Shown here one piece after another: positions 1-14,085 of a stretch of DNA of 64,000 bases (position 1 is the stretch's first letter; the number at the start of each line of letters is the position of its first letter). The notes under the pieces were generated by a model that worked only from the letters and a program-made list of their open reading frames with translations, did not search any database and was not told the origin of the DNA. The DNA is from Rhizophagus irregularis (Eukaryota). The translations under genes were made by a program, and so were the position numbers. Location of the stretch: contig NC_089433.1 of the NCBI RefSeq assembly GCF_026210795.1, forward strand, positions 124,001 to 188,000. Reading direction: 5' to 3'.

Positions 1-975
1 TCAAAAATTCATAATAATTAAGATGTGAGTAGATTTAACAATACTGAACAATTTTCTCTTAATTATTAAGATGACACAGGTCGAAAAGTGAAAAATCAGG
101 CACCAATCGGTCACCAATCAGGTAGCTGATTGGTGACTGATTGGCATTTTTGCCAAATACCGTCACCAATCAGGCAGTTTGCTAACTTTTGATCCAGTGA
201 TCAGAAAAGAATGAAATATAGCTCATTGGAATCGTCTCATCAAGACGAATCTAATGGTAGTAAAATCGCATCTCTAGGATTAATAGTTAATAAAAAATTA
301 AATAAAATATAAATGATACATTTTTATTTTTATATTTTACTTAATTTCTCATCAAGTATTAATCCTAGAAATGCGATTTTACTACCATTAGATTCGTCTT
401 GTTGAGACGATTCCAATGAGCTATATTTCATTATTTTCTGATCACTGGATCAAAAGTTAGTAAACTGCCTGATTGGTGATGGTATTTGGCAAAAATGCCA
501 ATCAGGCACCAATCGGTCACCAATCAGGTACCTGATTGGTGACCGATTGGTGACTGATTGATGCCTGATTTTTCACTTTTCGACCTGTGTGATTTACTTA
601 GATCAAAAGTGCCAAAAATACACTCTGAAGTTGTTGATCAGGTATAAAAAAATTTAAAGATCGAAAATCAGTACTATTACGAATTATGACAGTTGCGTCA
701 TGGGTATTGACTAAAAATTCATAAAAATTAAAATACAAGTATTTTCGACCTTACTGAACATTTTCACTTAATTTACAAAGTCAATTTACTTAGATCTGAA
801 GTGCCGAAATTACACTCTAAAGTTGCTGAACGAAATTTAAAGTTAGTTTAATTATAAAAATTAAAGTAGTTACGCCAGTATTAGCAATAAACTTACAAAA
901 TTTGAGGTTTAGGTAGTTTTGATCTTGCTGAACAATATTCGCTTAATTTACAAAGGCAATTTACTTAGAACTTAA
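1..975. repeat. Diverged ~180-195 bp tandem repeat (about 3 units), first unit interrupted by the 75-589 MITE
   Basis: The motif CTGAACA...CTTAATT(T)AC/TAAAG..ATTTACTTAGA recurs at ~43-74+593-603, ~754-793 and ~928-969; removing the MITE restores the first unit. Confidence 0.6.
75..589. mobile_element. Fold-back MITE, CAC...GTG termini (CACTA/CMC-like), 515 bp
   Basis: Starts CACAGGTCGAAAAGTGAAAAATCAGGCA and ends with its reverse complement; almost the whole element is a palindrome; 3-bp TSD TGA (72-74, 590-592); subterminal CACCAATC/GATTGGTG repeats. Confidence 0.93.
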
Positions 976-1325
976 ATGAAGAAATTACGCACCAAAAGTT
1001 TAATAATATTAAAAAATAATGTAATTTTTCTATTTTTTTGTATTTTATGTAAAACCTATCCAAATAACCTCCATTATAAGTTTAGAAAATCTTTTTCTAC
1101 TCATAAAATTACATATATTTTTGCTTTTAAAACCACATATTTTTTTATATTTCAACTTCAATCTTGAAAAAAGTGCATTTTTAAGAAGAGTTTTTGGTGA
1201 ATTATAAAAAAAAAAATTGTTATTAAAGATCAGAAAATAAGGATAGAAATTGATAGAATTCACATGATAATCTATTAATTTTTTAACTTGTATAAATATA
1301 GTATATTGGAATTTGGCATTTAACT

Positions 1326-1570
1326 TAAAGTTGCTGGAGAAACTAGAAGGTTTTGGCAAGTTGGCAAAATGCTGAAATAGCGAAACTTTGCTGAAACTAT
1401 ATAAAAGTCTTATTAAAAAGTTGGCAAAACTCTGAAGAAAAGTGAAATCTGATAAAACTTATTATAAATGCTGAAACTGCTAAAACTTTGCCAAAACTAT
1501 AATAAAACTATATTAAAATCTTGAAGAAACTAATTGTAGAATTTTAGAAAGATTTAGGCAGGCAACCTTA
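1326..1570 (-). mobile_element. hAT-type MITE (TAAGGTTGC family), 245 bp, diverged copy
   Basis: Termini TAAAGTTGC / GCAACCTTA; perfect 8-bp TSD ATTTAACT; reverse-complement homologue of 21776-22019 and 29428-29675. Confidence 0.9.
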
Positions 1571-2635
1571 ATTTAACTATAAAATAACATAATTTGCTTA
1601 ATGTTACACAAAATAATTTTAATATGAAAATAATCTGCATGTGAACATTTCCAGTGATTGTTAAATTTTATTAAAAAACTTTATTAAATAAAATGCATTG
1701 CTTAGTTTATTATTACATAAAATTATTCAAACATGAATTTTGAATTATAAAAGATCTGAGTTGTTTTAATATGTTTAGGATTCTAAAATATTAAAAAAAA
1801 AGTTAAAAATGTTTTTTTAATAGTTTCAAAATTTTTTTTTAAAACTTACTTATAGGATTCATTAGAACTGATTTCCTATAATAAAATATTGGGGCATACC
1901 AGAAATTAGCTAATTTCTCTTAATTAGTAACCTTAACTTCTACACTCTTATTTGATTGAAATCTGATTGGCTAAAAAAATTATTACTATTAATTGCCAAT
2001 CTGCCACTTAACGATACAAAATTGATTAGTAGATCTGTCGCAAGTTTTTATATCAGTTATATGAATAACATTGATTAGTACATTTCAACTCTAATTTTAT
2101 TTTATATAAGTCATGCTTAATGTAACTATACTTTTACTAATCAATAATGCAAAATGTAAATATATTACAAAAAAAAAAATTTTTTTTCGTTTGCTATAAA
2201 ATTTAACAAATTTACTTTGGAGGAAATTACTATTCCAGCTCATATTTTAAGTAACTTTATATCAATTATTCATGAATTTTGCAAATTTTATAAGGTTTTT
2301 TTGTACTAGTATTATATAATATACAGTATATTTTTACTTAATTTAACAAAATAATGTTTTAAAAAGAAAATAAAAAAATTTTTTTTTTTTTTGGCAATAT
2401 TTTAGTTTTACCAGTTTTATAAAACTATACTTAGTAAGTAATATAACATCTTTTTTTAATGTATTTTTAGAGCATTTATATTACAACAAACCATTTTTAA
2501 ACTTGTATAAACACCATTCTGAAGTAATAGTATTTAATATAAAAATGTCCAATAAGATTAATTATAGATTGCTGATCATTTTGTATTGCTTGGCAATTAA
2601 ATATTAAATATTATACATAATAATTAGTATTATAT

Positions 2636-2925
2636 AATTATCTTGGCTTCTAGTAATTCAATTTAAACAAACTTTTTTTTGTTTTATAAAGCTAGATTTG
2701 TAGAACTAAATGAGTGCTATAAATTAAAAAAAAGTTTATTAAAATTGAAGTATTACTAGAAGTCAAGATAATTGCATTATAATAATTATTAGACTTCTAG
2801 TGATTTAATTTGAACAAACTTTTTTTTTGTTTTGTAAAGCTAAATTTGTAGAGCCAAATAAAAGTTATAAACTAAAAAAAAGTTTATTAAAATTGGATCA
2901 CTAGAAGTCAAATAATTGCATTATA
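2636..2925. repeat. Two tandem ~145 bp imperfect hairpin modules
   Basis: Two copies of CTTCTAGT..ATT(C/T)AATTT..AAACTTTTTTTT...TTTGTAGA..AAAT...TATAAA...AAAAAAAAGTTTATTAAAATTG...ACTAGAAG; related to the hairpin at 24206-24365. Confidence 0.7.
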
Positions 2926-3338
2926 ATAATTATAGAAAAATAATTAAATTACTTACATTTATATTTAAATATATAAATATCTCGTGATATATATAAACCT
3001 GATCTGAAGCTTGACTCCCTCCACCTCATTTACCCCAGTATCACCATCACTTTTTTACCCCATATGATTTTTTGTGACGCATTAACCTCATTTGCTTTTT
3101 TGCATAATATTTATCTTAAAAAAATTTTAATTGCAAAATTTTTCACTTCTTATACCTTTAAAATATTAAAAAAATAAAAAAATTAAATTTTCATATTTAA
3201 AGTATATAAAATATTGATTTCTTGCTCTTAAAATTTATGTTTTTAAATTTAATAAAAAAATTATTTACTAAAAGTTAATAAAACAATAAAAATAATAAAA
3301 AATGCTTTATTGATAAAAAATGATAAGTTCATTTCACT

Positions 3339-3560
3339 TAGTGTTCTGAATGAGTCATGTCGAGTCGATTATTGAACAAAATCGTACTCAACTTGGAAAA
3401 ATTGAGTCAAGTCAAGTCAAGTTAAAATTACAATAATTTTAGACTTGACTTGACTCGATTCATAAAAAGCATTAAATCGAATCGATTCGAATCAATTCGA
3501 GTCTAACTCCGAATTCGAATGAATGTCAAGTTTCGAGTTTAAACCGAATCAGACTCTATT
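3339..3560. mobile_element. Isolated hAT-like terminus with GAGTC/TTCGA subterminal repeats
   Basis: Begins TAGTGTTCTGAA, followed by dense GAGTCAA/GACTCGA/TTCGAA repeats; partner end and TSD not found. Confidence 0.45.
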
Positions 3561-3648
3561 TTTTCATTGTAAAGTGTAAATGATTTATATAGATTATTTA
3601 TATTATTAGTTATTCTTTATTTAATAAAATAATGTAAATAGCAAACAT

Positions 3649-3830
3649 TAGTGTTTCGGGCGAAACCGAAACTAAATTTTTGGCAAAACTTCCAAAACCT
3701 GGCGAAACTAGTTACGGCACTGGTACAAAATTCTGAAACTGGTGAAACTTTTGAAACTTGGCAGAATTTCCAAAACTTGGCAAAACTTCCCCAAACTTCT
3801 GAAACTTCTGTAACTTGGTGAAACATGTAT
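3649..3830 (-). mobile_element. Probable 3' terminus of the hAT element whose transposase ends at ~3917
   Basis: TAGTGTTTCGG terminus followed by many GAAACT/AAAACT subterminal repeats, directly downstream of the transposase stop codon. Confidence 0.6.
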
Positions 3831-4216
3831 TCACTTATTTTTCGTAATATTTGACTAATTTTAAAAGACAAAATAACAAAATTTATTTTTAAATTCCAAT
3901 TTACAATTCACAATTTTACATAGTATTAACTATTTCATCAGCTTCAGCAGCTAGATCCCATTCAATATCATCATTTTCATTATTTCCATTCATAGGAACA
4001 TCAGGATCCCGAAAAATACATATAAAGGTCACATGTAAGTTTGCTTAACCATATTAGTAAAATTTCCAAAAGTCATAAAATTTTATTTGTATAGATTTTG
4101 AGATTTTTTAAAAGGTTATATATATAGTTTGCGTAATAACAATCATTTTTATATATGTCATATATTTTAATTTGCGTAATCAACAGTATTTTTTAATAAA
4201 AAATATATATATATAT

Positions 4217-4445
4217 AATTCTAGCAGTCTTCTACTAATTAGCAGCATAACGCCTTGGAATTCCAGCAATTTTCTACTAATTAGCAGCATAACGCCTTGG
4301 AATTCCAGCGATTTTCTACTAATTAGCAGCATAACACCTTGGAATTCTGGCGATTTTCTACTAATTAGTAGCATAATGCCTTGGAATTCTGGCGATTTTC
4401 TACTAATTAGTAGTATAATGCTTTGGAATTCCCTAATAAGCAGCA
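4217..4445. repeat. 42-bp minisatellite, ~5.5 copies
   Basis: Unit AATTC(C/T)(A/G)GCGATTTTCTACTAATTAGCAGCATAACGCCTTGG; explains the repetitive ORFs 4172..4489 and 4180..4446. Confidence 0.95.
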
Positions 4446-4869
4446 TTACGTATAGTATAATACATAAATTTTTGAAAATACGTAATTGACGGCTAATCTG
4501 ATTGATAATAAATAATTTTTTTTCAATTTTTTGACTTTTAACAGACCGTTTTATTGAAAAAAAAAATAAAATAATTTTTTTTCAATAAAAATTTTTTTTT
4601 TGGCCTTTACTGTTATATTTTTTTTAACAACTGGCCATTTTATTAAAAAAAAATATTTGGTTTAGAATGTTATTAATATTCCTTTTTATTATTTTTCTTT
4701 AAAAGCAACTTCTTAAATCTAAAATTTATTATTTTAGATACTAATATCTTGGAAAAATATGAGTTAAGAGAAAAGTACAGTCAATTTTTTTGGAAATATT
4801 ACCATACTAATATTCCTTTTACTTTTTTCTTAGGAACTTGGAATTCAGACTAGAACTCCAATGCTCACT

Positions 4870-5231
4870 CACAGGTCGAAATTAGTTAAATAAATGCACA
4901 TCAGCTATCAATAGGTTATCAATCGGCTATCAATAGGCTACCCTATTGGTAGCCTATTGAACTTGCGCCATAATCCGTCACCAATCGGGCAGGCTGATTG
5001 ATAACCTATTGATAACCTATTAATACCTTATTGATAACCAATTTGATAAAAATACCAATAGGATACTAATAGGTTATCAATAAGTTATTAATTGGCTAAC
5101 AATCAGCCTGCCCGATTGGTGACGGATTATGGCGCAAGTTCAATAGGCTACCAATAGGGTAGCCTATTGATAGCCGATTGATAACCTATTGATAACCTAT
5201 TGATACCCTATTTAACTAATTTCGACCTGTG
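4870..5231. mobile_element. Fold-back MITE with CACAGGTCGAAA termini, 362 bp
   Basis: CACAGGTCGAAATTAGTTAAATA ... TATTTAACTAATTTCGACCTGTG; 3-bp TSD ACT; same terminal 12 bp as 75-589. Confidence 0.93.
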
Positions 5232-6665
5232 ACTGTAAGTAAAGAATTTTTTAGCTTTATTTTGTTTATTTTAGAAGTATTATTAACATTTCTATTGTTT
5301 TTTCTATTAGAAATAGTTTTTAGATTAAAACTAAACTGAAATTTTTAGTAAGTTGAGAATAGGGTAGAATTTTTTTTGTTTTATATGTGAAAATAGTATT
5401 AATATTTTTTTTCTTTAGAAATAGGATCTTCTTTTAGAAATGATTTTATAAATTATATTCTAAGTTTTTGTTATAATTTATAAAAAAATAATGAACAATC
5501 TTTTTGTTTTAGTGTTAATACTTGAATTATCAAATCATTAAATATAGTAGTATAAATAAATACGTCAGTACAAATTAATTTATGCAATTTGGCATTATGC
5601 TAGCAATTGAAAATCAATTATACTGGAAGTATATTTTAAATACAACTAATTAAATTAAAAAAAAGGCCATGATTTTATTTTTTTAATATACAAATGTCAT
5701 AAAAAAAATTTGCTTATTCTAATATAAATTATAAAGTCAGAAGTCAACTTTGCGTATTGATCTTAGTAAAAATATTTGCTTATTTTAAGGCAAAATTTTG
5801 CCGATCATCTCTGACTTTTATATGTATTTTTCGGGGTTCTGGAATATCTACTCTATCATTATCTTGAATCTCTTTCCCTATACTATCTATACTATCTTCA
5901 ATTATATCACTCAAAGTACCAACAAATGCATCCAAGTTCAAAAAATTATCAATATCTAATTCTTTCTCTTCGCCAATTACTATTTCCTTCTCATTATTGT
6001 AATAATCAAGTAGGTCATCTTCCAATTCAAGAAGGTCTTGGTCGGGATTCAAATGTGCATCAGTTAATATTTGATGAATTTCTTCAGTGGATTTTTCTGT
6101 ACCATAATATGGCAATTCTTTTTTCACATTTGCATGGTAATAGGCTAAAAGTTTATACATATTTTCAACTTTATTTAAGCCTAAACGTGTCCTTCTTTTA
6201 CCATATATCCAACCAAGACTTGACCATACTCACTCACATCCAGCTGCATGAGGTGTGATGGAAAAGAGTTTAAGCGCCAGTTGAACTAGGTAATCTTTAT
6301 CTTTAGGAAAGCTATCTTCGATAGAAAACCACAAAGTATAGGAAGTTTCAGTATCACCTATTTCAATATCAAAAGGCTTTTCTCATTTACGATATTGTTT
6401 CATTTGGTGCATTAATTCTTTATGTTCAGCATTTTTTTTTCCCATTTTCATAAAAATTTCATCCGCTACCATTAATAAATCTCTAAAAAGTCCTCGTGCC
6501 CAGTAAATCATCAGCAAGTTTTAAACAGGCGTATAAAGTGTTGAAAAATGCCATGTGTTGCTCAACGCCAAAAAACGTAGGGAAACGAACCTTTTATCAA
6601 TCAACGCCACCTAAAAATGTTGAAAACCGCGTAAAACAACACCAATTTAAATGTAAAACAACATA

Positions 6666-7093
6666 CAGTCAACTCTGGATATAACGAACCCTCCGTTCTA
6701 GGAGGTTTAGTTCGGTATATAGTGAATTCGTTATATAATATACCGAACTAGTTTTCTTTATAGGCAATTTAGGCCAAATTTGTAATGCTGGCCAAAATTA
6801 TAATTTCTTTTAACATAAATTTTCAAAAAAATTACTAGTAATTCTGGCCAGCACTATAAAATTGGCCTGGACTACTATATAGTCACATGACCGTTCGTTA
6901 TAGAAAGTATAAAGTTATTATATATCTGATATATAGGAGCTGGTTAAGTTTGGTTCGGATGTGTTATATAGTGTTTTATTATAAAAGTTCGTTATATCCA
7001 GTGAAATTATTTATAAAAAATCGGTTCTGGAAATTATGATTCAGTATAACGAGGTTTCAGTACAAACAGGTTCGTTATAACCAGAGTCGACTG
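6666..7093. mobile_element. Tc1/mariner (pogo/Tigger-like) MITE, 428 bp
   Basis: TIRs CAGTCAACTCTGGATATAACGAACC / GGTTCGTTATAACCAGAGTCGACTG; TA on both sides. Confidence 0.92.
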
Positions 7094-7574
7094 TACAGTA
7101 AAATAACGATAGTTTAAAAACGTGTATACAATGTATAAAAACGCGTATATTGATATTAAAAATGTGTAAAGCAATGATTTTATTGTATATTATTAATATA
7201 TATATTATATAAAATATGTAAATTTATTTATAATAAAATACGTATCAATTCAAATACATTATCTAATGTAAATTCCTTTTGTTATAATTGGATTGCCGCG
7301 GATTTTTAAGCGATCAATATACTAAATTTCTGTTGACATAGCGCCCCTGGTGACACAACCATAACAAGGTGGGAATGTGATTTGTACAACTGAATCACTT
7401 GATTGATCTTTCTACAAACTGAAACGTGATAATTATATTAATATTATTAACTGAATGATATTGCTAAATTGCAATTGATACATAATATAATGCATACTAG
7501 AATAATACATATAGATTAGAAGACAAAAAATAACAACAACGAATAATATCAAATTATAAAAGTCACGTGAACTT

Positions 7575-9684
7575 TTATTGCTCTTCTTCTAAATCAGCAA
7601 CTTCTAAATCAGCTGCTTGATTATCGTCCGTCGTATGCTCATCATAAACATCATCAACACAATTATCAATTCCAATGATTTCATCATCATCATCAATAGA
7701 TGTTATAGGTGTTTTGGGCAAAGACTCACATTCACATTCTTCAGAATCCTAAATAAAGAAATACAATATTACTAGTAATTTAATTTAAAACATTACATAC
7801 AATTCAGTTGAGTACTTACCACGTCTGTATCTGTTATATTTCCGGTCCATGAATCGACAATGTCTGCATCGATTTTTGACGAAAGGTGTTCCTCGTCAAA
7901 TATAACTTCTAATACTGACTGAACCCAAATGGCGTTTTCATTTGTACGCTCTTTATCAGATGCAAAAACCAATTTAATTATTAACGAAATATAAGTATCA
8001 GACGACGGATCATCTGAGTCGCTCGGTTTGTATAAATCTTCATGGACCTGTTGAACGTTTTTACTTGCTTTCCATGTTCGCATCTGTTATTTGCTGAAAT
8101 TATCTTTGAATGGCATTATTCTATTAATACCGAAAGTACTCCACAAACTTTCTTTCAATTTTCTAATGTAGTAACCTTTTTTAACGCGATTTGCAGCAAG
8201 TAACTATATTTAATAAAATAAACAAGTTGTTATAAATTTGGCAATTAATGACTAATATATAATACAAATACTACTTACTTGTGAATGCATTCTATCATCC
8301 CACAAATAATCGAACAAAACTCCTTTTCTGGACAACTTCATGAGTATTTTGGCGGATGTTTCATCATTTTCTAATTTTTCTTTAAGGCGATTTTTCATTT
8401 GTCAGTCGGTTACTCATCGATGCTCATGAAATAATTCATAAGAAAGATCTTTAATCGCATCCTTAATACATACAAATTATTATATTTAGTAAATAATATA
8501 AAGAAATACATAACTTTAAATCATATATTTACGTGATAAAATTCATCTGAGTTTTTGTCTTTCTTTTTCGTTTTACCTTTTTTTTTAACTTCGACTTCAG
8601 TTTCAACGTTGCGATGAGAATCTAATACTGACATTATATTTGAAATCTGGTCTTTTTGTTCGTTTAACATAGCTTTAAACCTTTCTTGATTATTAATAAT
8701 CGTGTTGAGTTTTGATGCTGTTTTTTGATTAATTTGTATTAATTTGGCAAATTCACCAGAACTAACTGCTATAAATTATCGTTAATAAGAATAATAAGAA
8801 CCAATTTGATAATTTATTAACAAAATAACAATGAACAAACAGTATATATCGTATCTAACCTTGATCCGTTACTTTAGATGATGATGTTATCGCATTATTA
8901 TTTGATGGCGATTCTTTACTAATCACTGCCTTAACGCTGGATGATGATGATTTACTAGAACCGGATGCTGCTTTACCACCAGATGCTGCTTTACCAGACG
9001 CTGCTTTACCACCAGATGCTGCTTTATCAGATATCGTTGTTTTAATAGAGGAAGGAGGAGAGAAGGAAGGAGGAGAAATTACCACCGAAGGGATATAAGA
9101 GGATATTGTTGATGATTCATTTATTGCCTGATGAAAACAATAAAATGTATTTAATAAACTAATAATGAATAATATAAACAATAAAAAAATTGATAACTGA
9201 TATTACTTGAGAAGATCCTTTGGTAGTTTTATTGGTACCGATAATAATCTCATCAATATCTCTATCACAAAACAAATCTAACCTTGCAATTTTCGTCTTT
9301 TTTGGAGTCTCTATTTGTGAAGCGTCTGAAATTGTTTGATGATTGGCTTCGGTATCTGTTAATTATAATGTATTTTTAGATATTCGTTCACACAAATTCA
9401 AAAAAAAACTAAAATAAACCCTTTCAAATTATTTTGTTCGTTGATCTAAAAGATATTAATTATATAAGTATATTTATACAATCATAATAATTTACAACCA
9501 AATATATATAATAATTTAAAGTTAAAATAATTACTTCTATATTTATACTCGTTGACGATCTAGTAGATCTAGTAGACCTAGTACTAGATCTAGTAGTAGG
9601 TTTTGGGCGTTTTAAATTATTAAAATCTAAAGAGCGTTTGCCGCTAGTTTTATTATTATTATTTTTGTTGTCGTCGTTATCCAT
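7575..9684 (-). pseudogene. Multi-exon accessory gene of the Plavaka element (unknown function, Ser-rich N-terminal half), with in-frame stops
   Basis: ATG at 9684 (MDNDDNK...); ORF pieces 9460-9705, 8855-9181 and 7793-8083 linked by short introns; acidic C-terminus ...VADLEEEQ*; TGA codons near 8402-8416. Confidence 0.65.
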
Positions 9685-10851
9685 TGATAAAAAGATGACT
9701 GACAAGAGAGAATTAATTGATTATTAGAATGTGAGAATGAGAAAAAAAAAATATTAGAATGTGAGAAAAAAAAGTAATCATTTTTTAACTCTTATGTGTG
9801 ATGATCTACTTGATTTACCTATACGTAAGTATACTCAAGTATACTAATGATTAGTATACTTACTTAGTGTCCAGTGTAACTTGTAACAAACATAATTAAT
9901 GTAATTACTTAATAGATGTTACTTTAAGACTAAATTGCGGCGCAATGTCACGTGTTACAACGATTCATTCGAATTTCAACGCCCACATCGCAAAAAAGTA
10001 TTAGTCATGTCACGTGTTGCAATGACAAATCTGATTCATTTCTTCACTTCGAATTTCAACGCCCACATTGCAAAAAAGTATTAGTCGTTGTTCATCACAT
10101 TGCAAAAGTATTAATCGTTGTTCATCCTTACGAAATCATGTGATGTTTCAAATTGAATTTCTGCTGATGAAGTAGACGTGATGAGTAACTATGGACAGCT
10201 AGAAATGAAAGCGTTTAACGATGAACAGAACAACTAGTAGTAGAGGTGAGCAATAAAGAGAAGGAAGAGATTAAATCTGAAGAAGAGAGAAAATTTTAAC
10301 GGGAAATTGTAAATATCGAGGATGTAAATTTTAACAAGTGAAATTTCCAACAAAATATAATTACCTTCATCCAACGCTCAGTTTTGCTTTTGGACGTTCC
10401 AGTTTACTGTATTAATTAATCCTTTATTTTATTCATCGTAAAAGTACTAATAATAATAATTATGCGTTAATTTCTATGATGTTTGTTGTGTTTGTTGACA
10501 CCTTAAATGTGAATATTTTCATCAGTATCATTACGCAGTTAACTGATGGTATCATTTGATATCCTCACCTAAATATTTAAACGACACGATGATTGATTAA
10601 TTTAATATATGTATTTCTTGATTGATCGTAATCAGTAACACTAACTGTTAACATTGTGTAAACTGTGCAATACGTCAAGCAATACTGTATTGTTAAGTAT
10701 TGTTAATATTATTGAGGCACATAGTCAATTTATTGTTAAACAAGTTAATATAATAAATCAACATGTAAAAAACCTTAATGTTTTTATATAAATTAACCTA
10801 CTTTACTAGCGTCAAATAAAAAACTTATTCACCATAAATCAACTTCAAAAA

Positions 10852-13800
10852 ATGGCTATATACTCGTGTCCACATTGTGAAAGAGTCTTCAGTCGTCGTG
10901 CTTCTCTACGAAATCATGTGAAAACTCACGATGATATAATTGATAAAGTTCTTAGAGAAATTGCTGAAGAAGTAGAACATGAACAAGAGGAAGTGGGTGA
11001 CGATGAACGACTTGAGGAGGCGAGCTACGAAGAGGAAGAGGAAGAGAGGGGGAGTACTAATAATGATGAAGTACAAGAGGAGGTGAGCTACAAAGAAGAA
11101 AGTGAAGATAATGATGAAGTACTAGAGGATGTGAACTACGAAGAAGAAAGGGAAGTTAATGATGAAGTACTAGAGGATGTGAACTACGAAGGGGAAGAGA
11201 AGACGAAGGGGAAGAAGAAGAGGAAGGGAGCAATAATGATGAACAACTAGAAGAGGTGAGCTATGAAGAGGAAGAGGAAGAGGAAGAAGAGGAAGAGGAG
11301 GTGAGAAATCAACGTTAAATGAAATTAAAATAATTTATACTTTTGTGTGCGTCTATATATATCTATATATAGAAAGCGATCGACATATTTATCAAGTATT
11401 TATTGTCTATTAACATCCATATATAGGAAGTGATTGATGAATCAAGAGACATTGAAATCGAATATTCGCTAATTGACATTGAACCAATCCTAACCTTCGA
11501 ATCTCTTGATATTAGAGTAACAAATATACCAGAATTTCCAAGCGAAGAGTTTGGAAATTTTATGGAGTTGCTTACTAAATGGAATTTGTCTGATGCATGT
11601 GGTAACGATATACTTAAATTTTCAAAAAAGATTTGCCGCGATAATGTAATTTTACCTACGTCAGTAAAAAAGGTCGTCAATTGTTGGATCAAATTGTTGT
11701 ACCACATATTTCTTTTAAAAAAGCGCCTATCATGACATATAAACAAGAAACGTATTATCTTCATTATCGTCCGATTTTTGACATTATAAAGGAATTGTTG
11801 AGCAATAAGGATATATTTGCCCATTGTACTTTTAAATTTACACTATTAAATCATAACAGAGAAAGAATATATAACGAACAATATAATGGACAATGGTAGG
11901 AAAGAGTCCAAAAATCACTTCCTAATGGTGCAAATGTATTGTCAGTAATTTTATATTCGGATACTATGACACGTGATCACTTAGGAAAGACCAGCGAACA
12001 TCCCATTTATTTGACACTTGGTAATATAGTTAGTTGGCGCAGAAATAGGCCTGATGCCAAAATACTTTTGGGTTATCTGCCGATCCTAAAGGCAAAAGAT
12101 ATTTCACAAAAGAGGTCAAAGAGTTTTCGGTTAGCCAAGCGAGTCCTTTATCAATATGCTTTAAATATATTGACACGATCGTTACTTGACTATAATGGTG
12201 AATTTGATCTTCAAACAGATAATGGTATAAAGTGGTGTTTTCCGTTTATTTCCGTAATGTTAGGAGATTTACCAGAAAATGCTGCAGTAACTTTAACATT
12301 TAACTTTGTTAATTGTCACCACCCTTGTCATAAATGTTTGGTGGAGTGTGAGAAGCTGAACAATGTGGAGTTAACAAACGATCGAATTATCTTAAGAACA
12401 CCAGAAAATATGAGATGTCTTGTTGAACAAAATTCTGCACAACAATATTCTCTACACGATATGAAAAACATCTTTTGGAATTATCCGTACGTATCACGTG
12501 ATTTTTAAAGAAAGTGTGTTTATTTTGCCAATTATTTTCTAATATATTTACTCAAAAATAAATGATAGTCAGTTAAATATTTATTTGTCAACAATACCTG
12601 ACCGAATGCATCATCTCGACTTGGGATTGTTTAATTATCAAGTGATCTACACAAGGGTGTTGTTAAAAGAATTGTGTGGTCAAATAGCGGTTGACGAACT
12701 TGATAATCGTTTGGCTAAAATCCCACGATTTTCTGGCCTTAAGATATTCAAGAATGGCCTGGAAAATATTAAGCAGTTTACTGCCAATGAATTTCGAAAT
12801 ATGATGAAGATATTTGTTTTCGTCATAGAAGGAATAGTCATAAACCACCACAAATCATCGATAAGTACATCCCGAGCCAAATGATCTGATGAAGCATTGG
12901 TTGACGTGTATTATTATTGGAATAAGATGTATTTATACAGCCGACGGGAGTATTTTAAGGAATCAGAGCTGGTGATTTTTGATGTATGATAGCGAGATAA
13001 TATGATGATTAGTTTTTTATGAATATTGCAATTAACATGATTATATTTTATTTTGTTTAAAGAATCTAATCAAACAATGGGCAAAGAGCTTTATAAAACT
13101 ATTTAAAGAATATTCTCTATCAGAACTTCGATTACCAAAGCTGCATAATTGGTGCTATCATATCATTAAGACAATTAGAGAATATGGAGCAATCAACGGG
13201 TTTACGACAGAAACGTATGAATTTTTACATAAAGAAGCTGTAAAAATACCCTATAGGTCTGGTAATAAGCGTGACCCAACAGATCAAATGATTAAATCAG
13301 TTGGTATTACAGCTAGTACGATATTCAATGCATTATCACAAATTAATATTGTTATATTATATATAAGTTTACCGAAAAGGGATAATTAAATACTTACTTC
13401 AGCGTACAAATGTTAATAGACGCAAACAAAAAACTCTAATGAATAGTTTGTTAGGCACATTTAATTTGCAAGATTTTGATGCGTTTTTCAATAATTACCG
13501 ATCAAACAATAGCTTGGCCCGTGAAGCTCTAACGGCTCTAGAATATTTTCTGGAATTGTTAAACGAGTTTTTAGATTTATGTGAAGGGTTAACCGATAAT
13601 GAAACTATTAATATTAGTTGGTATAGTTATGCTAATATTTCTTCAAGCGGGGATTACATTAGAGCAAAAAGCTTGTATTATAACGAACCATCATTTAGTG
13701 ATGTGTCAATCAGCATGAGCAAGGAAGAGTCTGAAGATTATAATACAGCCGAAGGTGGTGCATGTTTTGGCAAGGTACAGAATTTTATTTAATATTGAAC

Positions 13801-14085
13801 TACTAACAAATGATAATCCAAGCAATAACTTACTTATTTTATATTTAGATTCTTATGTTGATAATTAACGTTAAAATTATCGAAAAAGATTTGTCGTTTG
13901 ATCTTGCTCTTGTACAATGGTACAATTTTTGTAATTCAAGACAATTATACAAATATGATTGTCCTTGGTTGAAGATTATAAACACGTATAACTTTGTGCC
14001 TATTGAATCAATTATAGAATTGGTATAAGTAGTTCAACGTGCTGAACGACAAAATGAATATTTTGTTAATACATTTATGTTTTAA
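10852..14085 (+). pseudogene. Plavaka-type transposase with N-terminal C2H2 zinc finger and acidic repeat; inactivated
   Basis: CPHC..F.....LRNHVKTH finger; motifs ILYSD, HPIYLTLGNI, LLGYLP, GDLPE, CHKC, DRMHHLDLGLF, PKLHNWCYH, GFTTETYE; introns 11301-11426, 12487-12568, 12984-13062, ~13300-13367, 13774-13848; frameshifts near 11210 and 11670; stops at 11897 and 12882. Confidence 0.88.

Larger units (their letters stand above)
4003..5840. mobile_element. Non-autonomous TIR element (~1.8 kb, AGG-type termini), superfamily uncertain
   Basis: TIRs AGGATCCCGAAAAATACATATAAAGGTCA / AGAACCCCGAAAAATACATATAAAAGTCA; TSD GGAACATC / GGAATATC (8 bp, 1 mismatch; a 6-bp reading is also possible); interrupts the hAT transposase tail. 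Confidence 0.85.

Noticed and set aside
1891..2000. GGGGCATACCAGAAATTAGC as a transposon terminus
   Set aside because: No matching inverted end or TSD found
4217..4445. Regular 42-bp repeat resembling a CRISPR array or repeat-protein ORF
   Set aside because: Units are contiguous with no unique spacers, there are no cas genes and the context is eukaryotic; the ORFs on both strands arise from the 3n unit length
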